This document shows, in pieces, positions 28,844 through 37,333 of a stretch of DNA of 45,993 bases. The notes beneath the pieces were generated by a model. It was not told the DNA's origin. It saw only the letters and a list, made by a program, of their open reading frames with translations, and searched no databases. Within the stretch, counting starts at the first letter, position 1; every line of letters begins with the position of its first letter. The DNA comes from Methanobacteriota archaeon (GTDB lineage: Archaea > JAADCQ01 > Methanopyri > Methanopyrales > Methanopyraceae), in NCBI GenBank assembly GCA_027064305.1, contig JAMOPY010000025.1, positions 1 through 45,993 of the forward strand. The letters are read 5' to 3'. Both the position numbers and the translations under genes were made by a program.

Positions 28844-29008
28844 CTAGTACTCGTAGAAGGCGGCGCTACCGCACTCCTCGCACAGCCCCGCGAACTCCAG
28901 CTTCCGTCGCCTCTTCACCGCCTTCTTGTACTCCTCCTTCGTGCAGTTCGGGCAGACGATCGCCGGGTCGTTCGGTGAGACTATAGGCACGTGCGAGCTC
29001 TTTACCAT
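28844..29008 (-). CDS. Small 54-aa putative Zn-finger protein
   Basis: MVKSSHVPIVSPNDPAIVCPNCTKEEYKKAVKRRRKLEFAGLCEECGSAAFYEY. SD GGGGTGAGG; TATA-like CTTTTTAC at about 29043-29050. Confidence 0.7.
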   Translation of the reverse strand: MVKSSHVPIVSPNDPAIVCPNCTKEEYKKAVKRRRKLEFAGLCEECGSAAFYEY

Positions 29009-29069
29009 GATCCTCACCCCCGACCGACCGGCGCGCCGGCCGGTAAAAAGCGGCACGGGGGTTCCGAGC

Positions 29070-30095
29070 GTGAGCGAGGTGCTGGAGCGGCTCATCCGCG
29101 GGGAGGACCTCTCCCGGCGGGAGGCGCGGGAGCTGATGAGCCGGATCGTGGGTGGGGAGCTGTCCGAGGTGCAGGTGGCCGGCATCCTGGTCGCGCTGCG
29201 CTGCAAGGGGTACGCGCCCGAGGAGCTGGCCGGGTTCGTGGAGGGGATGATGGAGCACGCCGTCCGCGTGCGGCCCAGCGTGGACGCGCTCGTGGACACG
29301 GCGGGGACCGGGGGTGACCGGCTGGACACGTTCAACGCCAGCACGCTGGCGGGGCTCACGGCCGCGGCCGCCGGCGTGCCGGTGGCGAAGCACGGGAACC
29401 GGAGCGTGACGAGCTCGTGCGGGAGCGCGGACCTGATGGAGGCGCTGGGCGTGAACCTGGACGCGGGGCCCGAGGTGGTGGAGCGGTGCATCGAGGAGGC
29501 GGGGTTCGGGTTCATGTTCGCCCCGCGGTACCACCCGGCGATGCGGAACGTCATGCCCGTGCGCCGGGAGCTGGGCGTGCGGACGGTGTTCAACGTGCTC
29601 GGACCGCTGACCAACCCGGCCCGGGAGGCGCTCACGGGTCAGGTGGTGGGAGTGTACTCGGAGCGACTGCTGGGGCTGGTGGCGGGCGCCCTAGCGGAGC
29701 TCGACGTCGAGCGGGCCGTGGTGGTGTACGGGGTGGACGGGGTGGACGAGCTCAGCGTGACGTGCGAGAACAAGGTCGTGTACGTGGAGGACGGGGAGGT
29801 GGAGGGGCCGGATACGATCGCCCCGGAGGACGTGGGGCTGGACCGGGCGGAACCGGAGGACGTGGCCGGTTCGGGCCCGCGGGAGGCGGCGGAGGAGGCG
29901 CGGGAATTGCTGAGCGGTAACCTGCCGCAGGATCACCCGAAGGTGCAGATGACGGCATTCAACGCGGGGGCGGCGCTCTTCGTGGGGGGCGCGGTGGACT
30001 CGATCGAGGAGGGCGTGGACCGGGCGTTGGAGGCGATCGAGGAGGGGGAGCCGGGGCGCGTGCTGGAGCGGGTGGTGGAGCTGTCCCGGGGCTAG
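29070..30095 (+). CDS. trpD: Anthranilate phosphoribosyltransferase
   Basis: [51 protein letters not shown] at 29070. Confidence 0.96.
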   Translation: MSEVLERLIRGEDLSRREARELMSRIVGGELSEVQVAGILVALRCKGYAPEELAGFVEGMMEHAVRVRPSVDALVDTAGTGGDRLDTFNASTLAGLTAAAAGVPVAKHGNRSVTSSCGSADLMEALGVNLDAGPEVVERCIEEAGFGFMFAPRYHPAMRNVMPVRRELGVRTVFNVLGPLTNPAREALTGQVVGVYSERLLGLVAGALAELDVERAVVVYGVDGVDELSVTCENKVVYVEDGEVEGPDTIAPEDVGLDRAEPEDVAGSGPREAAEEARELLSGNLPQDHPKVQMTAFNAGAALFVGGAVDSIEEGVDRALEAIEEGEPGRVLERVVELSRG

Positions 30096-33000
30096 CCGCC
30101 GTACTCCTCGATGTAGTCCTCCGGCTTCGGCGGCTCCGGCTTCAGCCCCTTCCGCTCCCGGATCTCCCGGATGATGTCCTCCTCCATGTCCTCCGGGACG
30201 CGCTCGTACCCGGCGTGCTCCGTGGTCCAGATCGCGCGGCCCTCCGTCGCGGACCGGATGTCGTTCGCGAAGCCGAACATCTCGGCGACCGGCGCCTTGG
30301 CCTTGATGATGACCGTGTCACCCTCCTGCTGGATGTCCTCGATCGTACCGCGCCGGTTCTGGATCTCCTTCGTGACCGCGCCCATGTAGTCCTGCGGGAC
30401 GGTCACGTACACGTACTGGATGGGCTCCAGCAGGTGCGTGTCCGCCAGGAGCATGCCCCCGTAGATCGCCTTCTTGATCGCCGGGATCACCTGGGCCGGG
30501 CCGCGGTGCACCGGGTCCTCGTGGATCTCCGCGTCCGTCAGGATGACCTTCACGCCGCGGCACGGCTCCTTGGCCAGCGGACCCTCCTCCATCGCCTCCT
30601 CGAAGCCCTCCACCAGCAGCTCCATGACCTCGTTCAGGTACTGCACGCCCACCGTCTTGTCCAGGAAGAAGTTCGTGCCCTTCACCGCCTCCACGGCCTT
30701 CGCGTCGTCCCGGTCCATCCCGTGCTCGATCAGCGCCTCCTCCAGCTCCTTTTGCTTCATCTCCTCCGGGTTGATCTGACCCTCCTCGATGGCCTCGATG
30801 ATCTCCTCCTCCACGGGCTCGATCGTCACGTAGAACCGGTTGTGCTTGTTCGGGGACTTGCCCTCCACCTCGTCATCGCAGACGCCGAACACGCCCTCCC
30901 GGTACACCACGATCGGCTCGGACACCTTGATGTCCACGCCGCGCTCCTTGATCCGGTGCGCGATGATCTCCAGGTGCAGCTCGCCCATGCCCGAGACCAG
31001 GTGCTGCCCCGTCTCCTCGTCGATCTTCACCTCGACCGTCGGATCCTCCTTCGCGATCTGGTGCAGGATCTCGATCAGCTTGGGCAGATCCTTCGTGTTC
31101 TTGGCCTCCACCGCGACCGTCACCACCGGCTCCGCGAAGTGCTTCAGCTCCTCGAACGGCTCGATCGGGTCCTCCGGATCCGTGACCGTCTCGCCCGCCC
31201 ACACGTCCCGCAGACCCGTCACCGCCGCGATGTTACCCGCCGGCACCTCGTCCGTCCGGATCCGGTCCGGACCCATGTAGATGCCCACCTGCTGCACCCG
31301 GTCCTCCCGCTGCGCGCTCGCCAGGTAGACCTCCTGACCCTCCCGGATCGTGCCCGAGTACACGCGGCCCGTCGCCACCTCGCCCGCGTGCTCGTCGATG
31401 CGCACGTCCGTCACGACCATCGCCAGCTTCCCGTCCGGGTCGCACTTCCGCAGCATCTTCCCGTCCTCACTCTCCGGATCACCCGGCCAGATCTGCTCGA
31501 TACGGTACTCCTGCGCCGTGACCGGGTCCGGCAGGTGCTTCACGACCATGTCCAGCACGACCTGGTACACCGGGGCCTCCTGCGCCAGCTCCTTCTGCGC
31601 GTCCGGACCCTCCTGACACGCCTCGATGATGTCCTTGAACGTGATCCCCGTCTTCTCCATGAACGGGTAGCTGATACCCCAACCGTAGTACGCGCTACCG
31701 AACGCGACCGAACCGTCCTCCACGCTCACCTTCCACTCGTCCCGGAACTCCTTCGGCGCCATCTGCTCGATCATCTTGTTCACCTCGGTGATGATCTCCA
31801 TGAACCGCTGCTGCATCTCCTCCGGGCTCAGCTTAAGCTCCGTGATCAACCGGTCCACCTTGTTGATGTACAGGACCGGCTTCACGCGCTCCCGCAGCGC
31901 CTGCCGAAGCACGGTCTCCGTCTGCGGCATCACACCCTCGACCGCGCAGACGACCACGATCGCACCGTCCACGGCCCGCATCGCCCGCGTCACGTCACCC
32001 GAGAAGTCCACGTGACCCGGCGTGTCGATCAGGTTGATCAGGTACTCCTCACCCTCGTACTCGTGCACCATGCTCACGTTCGCCGCGTCGATGGTGATGC
32101 CCCGCTCCTGCTCCATCTCGTCGAAGTCCAGGACGAGCTGATCGCCCGCCAGCTCCTCCGAGATCATCCCCGCACCGGCCAGCAGCTGGTCGGACAGCGT
32201 CGTGTTGTGCACCACGAACCCGTCCGCTGCGAAGTTATGATGCCCCTCGACCGTGAAGTCGTACACGTAACCCTCGTACTCGACCTCCTCGACGCGCACC
32301 ACCTCCAGGAAGCACACGTCGTCCTTGGCCAGCGCCCTCAGCCTCTCGAGCGCCTCACCCTCGACCCCGGCCTCCTCCAGGGTGCTGATCACCTTCTCGA
32401 GGCTCGACTTAGTCAGGCCCACCTGGTCGCCCTCGTAGTTCGAGTAACCGTTGAACATCCTCGTGGTTGGAACGTCACCGCGAACCTCCCGGAGGACCTC
32501 ACCGCTGATCGGCACCCGCTCGAGCTCCGAGGACGACGCCTTCTCCATCAGTTTCTTCAGCTTCTTCGCCTTCTCGGGCTCCCGGAAGCCCGGGAACCTC
32601 TCGAGCGACCGGGCGCCCGACACGTACAGGGTGTAGGCACCGTCCTCCTCCCTGAGGTAGCTGGCCACGTCAAACTTCTGCAGGAGGAGCTGGAGGTCCT
32701 CCAGGAACTCCCGGCTCACGGAGGTCACCGAGACCGCGCTCCGGCCCTCCTCCACGGTGCCGTCCGCGTCGAAGTACCCGCGGATGAACTCGGCGATGCA
32801 GTCCAGCGGCGCCCTGGCCAGGAAGTCGTTGACCCGGATCCTGTGGGCCTTCTTCCTCCTCGGGTAGTCGAAGAGTGCCTCCAGGAGCCTCGGAACGGTC
32901 TCCGGGAAGTCGATCCTCTCGGTCGCGTCCTCGTACTCCCTGACCTTGACCTCTAGTCCCATGTCCCTCGCGATCCTCTTCACTTCCTCCAGGATGGCCT

Positions 33001-33871
33001 CGGATCCGTTGGTGAGCTGGTTCCAGCACCCGTCACCGAACATGAGACCCGCCAGGTAGAACAGGTCCTCGGGTTCGGGCAGCCGGATGGGCTTCGTCGA
33101 CTTGGCGTTCGACCGGTAGGAGACCTCGACGGCGTCGTAGAGGTCCGCTAGATCGATGCCCAGCTCCTCCGCCAGGTCGACGAGGATGTCGGCCCGGATC
33201 CGACCCTTCCGCAACTGGTAGTAGAAGGAGTTCTCCTTGATGTCCACCTCCAGCTCTTCCCACAGCGCCTTAATGCCGCGCTCCTTGGCCAGCTCGAGAA
33301 CGCTCTCCGCCTCCTCTTCCGGTAGGTGGACGAAGAAGTTCCTTCCGAGTCTGCGGAACACCTCGCGCTTGAGCTCCTCCTCGCTCATCCCTTCGTGGAC
33401 CAGCTTCTGGGTGCACACGATGTAATCTCCGACCTCCAGCTCGTCGGCCCTCTTCTCGACGATCTCGCCCGAGGGGTCCAGGACGAGGAACTTGTGCTCC
33501 GGGGTCGTGCGGATGCTCCTACCGTTCTTCACCTCGACCTCCACGAGCTTGTCCGCCTTCAGGCGCCACACGTGCGTGATCTCGCCCTTCACGATCTCCA
33601 CGGAGTCCTTGTCCAGGGAGGAGACCTCGACGGGCTCCTCCAGCTCGTAAACCTCCTCGTTCTCGTCACGCTTCACGAGCCTGCCGCGCTCCTTCAGCTC
33701 CTCGAACAGCTCGTCGGCCCGGACGAACCGGCCGTCCGCCAGGCAGATCTTGGTCTCCGGGGCCACGCACTTGCCGTGGTCGATGTGGGCGATGATGCCG
33801 ATGTTTCGGATCTTCTCCGGCTCGGTCATCAGCTCGCGGCACTTCTGGGCCATCTTCTCCTTACGGCCCAC
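30092..33871 (-). CDS. fusA: Elongation factor 2 precursor containing an intein
   Basis: [14 protein letters not shown]|intein|[23 protein letters not shown], diphthamide region [11 protein letters not shown]. Start is GTG at 33871 or 33880. Confidence 0.98.
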   Translation of the reverse strand: MGRKEKMAQKCRELMTEPEKIRNIGIIAHIDHGKCVAPETKICLADGRFVRADELFEELKERGRLVKRDENEEVYELEEPVEVSSLDKDSVEIVKGEITHVWRLKADKLVEVEVKNGRSIRTTPEHKFLVLDPSGEIVEKRADELEVGDYIVCTQKLVHEGMSEEELKREVFRRLGRNFFVHLPEEEAESVLELAKERGIKALWEELEVDIKENSFYYQLRKGRIRADILVDLAEELGIDLADLYDAVEVSYRSNAKSTKPIRLPEPEDLFYLAGLMFGDGCWNQLTNGSEAILEEVKRIARDMGLEVKVREYEDATERIDFPETVPRLLEALFDYPRRKKAHRIRVNDFLARAPLDCIAEFIRGYFDADGTVEEGRSAVSVTSVSREFLEDLQLLLQKFDVASYLREEDGAYTLYVSGARSLERFPGFREPEKAKKLKKLMEKASSSELERVPISGEVLREVRGDVPTTRMFNGYSNYEGDQVGLTKSSLEKVISTLEEAGVEGEALERLRALAKDDVCFLEVVRVEEVEYEGYVYDFTVEGHHNFAADGFVVHNTTLSDQLLAGAGMISEELAGDQLVLDFDEMEQERGITIDAANVSMVHEYEGEEYLINLIDTPGHVDFSGDVTRAMRAVDGAIVVVCAVEGVMPQTETVLRQALRERVKPVLYINKVDRLITELKLSPEEMQQRFMEIITEVNKMIEQMAPKEFRDEWKVSVEDGSVAFGSAYYGWGISYPFMEKTGITFKDIIEACQEGPDAQKELAQEAPVYQVVLDMVVKHLPDPVTAQEYRIEQIWPGDPESEDGKMLRKCDPDGKLAMVVTDVRIDEHAGEVATGRVYSGTIREGQEVYLASAQREDRVQQVGIYMGPDRIRTDEVPAGNIAAVTGLRDVWAGETVTDPEDPIEPFEELKHFAEPVVTVAVEAKNTKDLPKLIEILHQIAKEDPTVEVKIDEETGQHLVSGMGELHLEIIAHRIKERGVDIKVSEPIVVYREGVFGVCDDEVEGKSPNKHNRFYVTIEPVEEEIIEAIEEGQINPEEMKQKELEEALIEHGMDRDDAKAVEAVKGTNFFLDKTVGVQYLNEVMELLVEGFEEAMEEGPLAKEPCRGVKVILTDAEIHEDPVHRGPAQVIPAIKKAIYGGMLLADTHLLEPIQYVYVTVPQDYMGAVTKEIQNRRGTIEDIQQEGDTVIIKAKAPVAEMFGFANDIRSATEGRAIWTTEHAGYERVPEDMEEDIIREIRERKGLKPEPPKPEDYIEEYGG
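32204..33769 (-). mobile_element. Intein with LAGLIDADG homing endonuclease (522 aa) in the EF-2 P-loop
   Basis: N-terminal CVAPET, block B TPEHKF, endonuclease motifs [10 protein letters not shown] and [11 protein letters not shown]-terminal VYDFTV..HNF..GFVVHN followed by Thr(+1). Confidence 0.97.
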
Positions 33872-33910
33872 GGGGGACACCCCCGGCTTCGGGCCGGCCC
33901 GTAGTCGAAA

Positions 33911-33927
33911 TGGATAAAAAAATAGTG
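33911..33927 (-). promoter_or_regulatory. T-rich tract after rps7: fusA TATA and/or terminator
   Basis: CACTATTTTTTTATCCA on the minus strand, followed by the small hairpin CCGGC-CCGAA-GCCGG before the SD. Confidence 0.5.
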
Positions 33928-33929
33928 GC

Positions 33930-34634
33930 TTACCGTGAGGCCTCGGCGATGCGCTCGATCTCCTCCTTCTTCTGGATCGAGTAGCAGTCGGTGTCGTACT
34001 TCGCGGCCGCGATGATCTCCTCGGCCAGGCACTCCTCCACGGGCTTGGGGTTTCGGAAGGCGCGCTGCTGGGTGCCCTCCGCGATGAATCGTAGGGCGAG
34101 GTCGACGCGGCGCTGTGGGGAGCAGTCCACGGCCTCGTGGTACGTGATACCTCCGTAGATGATGCGCGTGGTCTCCTCGCGCGGGGCCGCGTTCTCCACG
34201 GCCTGGACGAGGACCTGGATGGGGTTCTCGCCCGTGCGCTCGTGGATGATGTCGAACGCCTTCTTCACGATCTTGTACGCCAGGTGCTTCTTGCCCGTGT
34301 TCTTCTGCGTGCGCATCAGCTTGTTCATGAGTCGCTCGACGATGGGGACCTCGGACTTCGCGAACCGCTTCTTGGCGTGACGGCCGCCGGTGTGCGGTAG
34401 GTACGTGGGCTTGAGGCAGATGTAGTCCCGGAGGCCCGGGTCCCGGACCTCCACCTCGGTGGGGTCCCACTTGCCGAAGACCTTCATCCGGTTGAGGTTC
34501 TCCAGGTACGGGTTGCCCTCCAGGTCGGAGTAGACGACCTTCCAGCGGCGGGCGCTGGCCTCCATTCCGGGTTCCTCGGTCTCGGTGGCCTCCTCCTCGG
34601 TGGCCTCGGTCTCGGCCTCCGGCTCCTCCGCCAT
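33930..34634 (-). CDS. rps7: 30S ribosomal protein uS7
   Basis: [50 protein letters not shown] at 34634. Confidence 0.97.
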   Translation of the reverse strand: MAEEPEAETEATEEEATETEEPGMEASARRWKVVYSDLEGNPYLENLNRMKVFGKWDPTEVEVRDPGLRDYICLKPTYLPHTGGRHAKKRFAKSEVPIVERLMNKLMRTQKNTGKKHLAYKIVKKAFDIIHERTGENPIQVLVQAVENAAPREETTRIIYGGITYHEAVDCSPQRRVDLALRFIAEGTQQRAFRNPKPVEECLAEEIIAAAKYDTDCYSIQKKEEIERIAEASR

Positions 34635-34646
34635 GCGTGGCACCCC

Positions 34647-35090
34647 TCAGCGCATGGGCTTCTCGATCTTACCCTTCAGCAGCTCGGAGAGCGCCACGTC
34701 GTTCACCTTGACGACCTTGTATCGCACGCCCGGGATGTCGCCCTTGGCGCGGCCCTTGGGGCCGCCGATGCCCTCGATGACGACCTCGTCGTGCTCGTCG
34801 ATGTAGTCGATCGCGCCGTCTCCCGGGCAGAAGGCGGTGACCTGCTTGCCGTTCTTGATCAGCTGGACGCGGACGCACTTTCGGATGGCGGAGTTGGGCT
34901 GCTTGGCCTCGACTCCCACCTTCTCGAGGACGATGCCTCGGGCCTGGGGCGCGCCCTCCAGCGGGTCCGCCTTCTCGTCGAGTCGCAGCATGCGGCGCTT
35001 GTACCGCTCGTCCTTCCACCGGAACTTCTTCCGCTTCTCCCGGAGCTTGCGCGCCGCGAACTCACCCTGTGGGCTCTTCTTGCCGGGCAC
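34647..35090 (-). CDS. rps12: 30S ribosomal protein uS12
   Basis: [27 protein letters not shown]. Confidence 0.98.
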   Translation of the reverse strand: MPGKKSPQGEFAARKLREKRKKFRWKDERYKRRMLRLDEKADPLEGAPQARGIVLEKVGVEAKQPNSAIRKCVRVQLIKNGKQVTAFCPGDGAIDYIDEHDEVVIEGIGGPKGRAKGDIPGVRYKVVKVNDVALSELLKGKIEKPMR

Positions 35091-35119
35091 GGGCGCTCAC
35101 CCCGCGGCGCGTCGTCTCG

Positions 35120-35548
35120 TTACGTGACCACGATGTCGTCGATGTCGTGCAGTCGCTCGGCGAGGATCCGGGCCTTCTTTATGTTCCTGCCGCCCTTGCC
35201 GATGGCGCGGCCCCGCTCGGACTCGGGCACGTCCACGATCGCGATCTTCTTGTTGTCGCGCTCGGTGACGCGGACGCTCTTCACGCGGGCGGGGAAGAGG
35301 GCGTTCTTGATGAACTTCTCCGGGTCGTCCGAGTACTCGACCACCTCCACCTCCATGCCGAGCTGCTCCTGCACCCGCTTGACGTTCTGACCGCGCCGGC
35401 CGATCGCCAGGCCGATCTGGCCCTCCTTAACGACGAAGATCACGCGGTCGTGCTCGTCGTCGATCACGCAGTCGATGGCGTGGGCGCCCGTCAGGCTCTC
35501 GAAAAGGGCGATCATTCGAATCTGCTCGGTTTCCAGCTTGTACGCCAC
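35120..35548 (-). CDS. nusA: Archaeal NusA (two KH domains)
   Basis: GLAIGRRGQNVK and GRAIGKGGRNI. Confidence 0.95.
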   Translation of the reverse strand: MAYKLETEQIRMIALFESLTGAHAIDCVIDDEHDRVIFVVKEGQIGLAIGRRGQNVKRVQEQLGMEVEVVEYSDDPEKFIKNALFPARVKSVRVTERDNKKIAIVDVPESERGRAIGKGGRNIKKARILAERLHDIDDIVVT

Positions 35549-35568
35549 GGTTTCTCACCCCCTCCCCG

Positions 35569-35904
35569 CTACTCGGAGACGCCCTCCTCCAGCGCCTCCT
35601 CGATCGTGGACAGCAGCTCGGACTCGCCCTCGTCCAGGACGGCGAGGGAGGCGACCACGTGCGGCCGGCCGCAGACGTCGCCCAGCTCCCGGCTCGTGCC
35701 CGGGTACACGAAGACCGGGATCTCCGCCAGCTCCGCGTAGTACTCGATGTCCTCCCGGATCTCGGCGGGGCAGTTCGCGGCCATGATCACCAGCTGGGGC
35801 CTCCCGAGCTTCAGCAGCTTGATGGTCTGGTTCGAGCCGAGCACCACCTCTCCCGTCTCGATCGCCATCCGAATCTGCCGCTCGATCTCCTGCAGGTCGA
35901 CCAA
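35569..35904 (-). CDS. rpl30e: 50S ribosomal protein eL30
   Basis: TGEVVLGSNQTIK, AANCP, ELGDVCGRPH, DEGES. Confidence 0.95.
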   Translation of the reverse strand: MVDLQEIERQIRMAIETGEVVLGSNQTIKLLKLGRPQLVIMAANCPAEIREDIEYYAELAEIPVFVYPGTSRELGDVCGRPHVVASLAVLDEGESELLSTIEEALEEGVSE

Positions 35905-35959
35905 CCCTCAGCACCCCGAGGGTGCAGAAGTAGTCTCGGCCCGTGCGCGCGGGCCCGGG

Positions 35960-35974
35960 CATAAAAAGTTTTGG
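35960..35974 (-). promoter_or_regulatory. Putative BRE/TATA for rpl30e-nusA-rps12-rps7
   Basis: CCAAAACTTTTTATG on the minus strand, about 55 nt upstream of rpl30e. Confidence 0.65.
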
Positions 35975-36019
35975 TCCGCCGGGGGCGCGGATCGGAAACG
36001 CGGGCGCGAGGGCCGCATA

Positions 36020-37321
36020 CTACTCCTCTTCCTCCTCCGCCTCCCGGAACCGCGAGTAGTCGACCGTGACCTCCACCGTGCCCGTGCCCACGGGAACCGG
36101 TCGGCCCACGATGATGTTCTCCAGGATGCCGCGCAGCTCCTCCACGTCGCCCGACGTGGCCGTCTCCGTCAGGACCCGGGACACGTACTCGAAGGCCGCC
36201 TTGGTCAGCGGGCTGCCCTTCAGCTCCATGATCGAGTACCCGCCCATCGACCGCACGCTCCGCAGCTCGCCCCAGAAGGCCATCATGTCGCTGATCAGCA
36301 TGAAGTGCCGCCGGTCGACGGAGATGCCCTGGCTCTCGTACACGTCCTCCAGCTGCTCGATGACCGCGTTCCGGCCCGCCTCGATCCCGAGCAGCACGTC
36401 GATGACCTTCGGGTCGTTCGTGTTCACCCGCGTCGCGTCCACCTCGTCCAGCTGCATGAGCTTCAGCATGAGGTAGGCGCGCTTGGCCACCTTGCTGTTC
36501 CGGGCCCGCCGCGAGATCCACTTCGGCGGCCGGCCGGAGGTGCCGTCCGGGCTCCCGCGCACCAGGATGTAGTACTCTTCCTCCTCCTCGTCGTACTGGA
36601 CCGAGGCGTGCAGCACGCCCTCGATCCCCTTGACCACCGCCTCCCGGAGCTCGTTGGCCAGCTCCGCGAGCTCCGAGATCGACTCCACGTCCGTCAGGAC
36701 GACGCGCAGGGTGTCCCCCTCCACCTGGCAGGCCCCTCCGGTGAACTCCCGGACGAACTCGGTCAGCTCGTCCTCGTCCACCCCGAGGCGCTCCATCTCC
36801 TCCCGGTCGAGGGTCGCCTCGATCACCCGCTCCTCCGGGTTCACCTCGATCTCGCGCACCAGGTCCTCGAAGCGGGTCTCCCGGATCTTCCGGGCGACGG
36901 CCTCCGCCTTCTCCTCGTCCCGGTTGTAGGGCTCCTTCAACCGCAGGTAGATCACCCAGGTGGGGGGTCCTTGGTAGGGGAGGGAGAGGACGCGCTCCAG
37001 GGCGGGGATTCCCGTGGTGACGTCGATCTCCGCCACGCCGGCCAGGTGGAAGGTCCGCATCGTCATCTGCGTGGCCGGCTCGCACATGGACTGGGCGGCG
37101 AGCACGCCCACGGCGTCGCCGGGCTCGATCATCCGGACCTTGTAGTTCCGGACGAGGGCGCGGAGGACCCGGCGCAGGGTCTCCTCGTCCGCCTCCTTCA
37201 GGTCCTCATCCTCGGCCACCCGCTCCACGATCTCCCGCTCGAGCGCGACCGGCAGCTCCACGTCCTCCTCCTCGCAGACCTCCCGGAGCAGCCCCTCGAT
37301 CCGGTCCTCGAGCCCGCTCAC
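36020..37321 (-). CDS. rpoA2: RNA polymerase subunit A'' (Rpo1C)
   Basis: IEPGDAVGVLAAQSMCEPATQMTMRTFHLAGV, LGIEAGR, VDRRH, ENIIVGRPVPVGTG. Confidence 0.96.
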   Translation of the reverse strand: MSGLEDRIEGLLREVCEEEDVELPVALEREIVERVAEDEDLKEADEETLRRVLRALVRNYKVRMIEPGDAVGVLAAQSMCEPATQMTMRTFHLAGVAEIDVTTGIPALERVLSLPYQGPPTWVIYLRLKEPYNRDEEKAEAVARKIRETRFEDLVREIEVNPEERVIEATLDREEMERLGVDEDELTEFVREFTGGACQVEGDTLRVVLTDVESISELAELANELREAVVKGIEGVLHASVQYDEEEEEYYILVRGSPDGTSGRPPKWISRRARNSKVAKRAYLMLKLMQLDEVDATRVNTNDPKVIDVLLGIEAGRNAVIEQLEDVYESQGISVDRRHFMLISDMMAFWGELRSVRSMGGYSIMELKGSPLTKAAFEYVSRVLTETATSGDVEELRGILENIIVGRPVPVGTGTVEVTVDYSRFREAEEEEE

Positions 37322-37333
37322 CGGGGCGGCCCC

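Noticed and set aside
35905-36019. Hairpins upstream of rpl30e (GCACCC-CGA-GGGTGC; GGCCCG-N6-CGGGCC) as an sRNA or leader
   Set aside because: Short GC stems are expected at this GC content and no C/D boxes were found; an autoregulatory leader cannot be supported from sequence alone.
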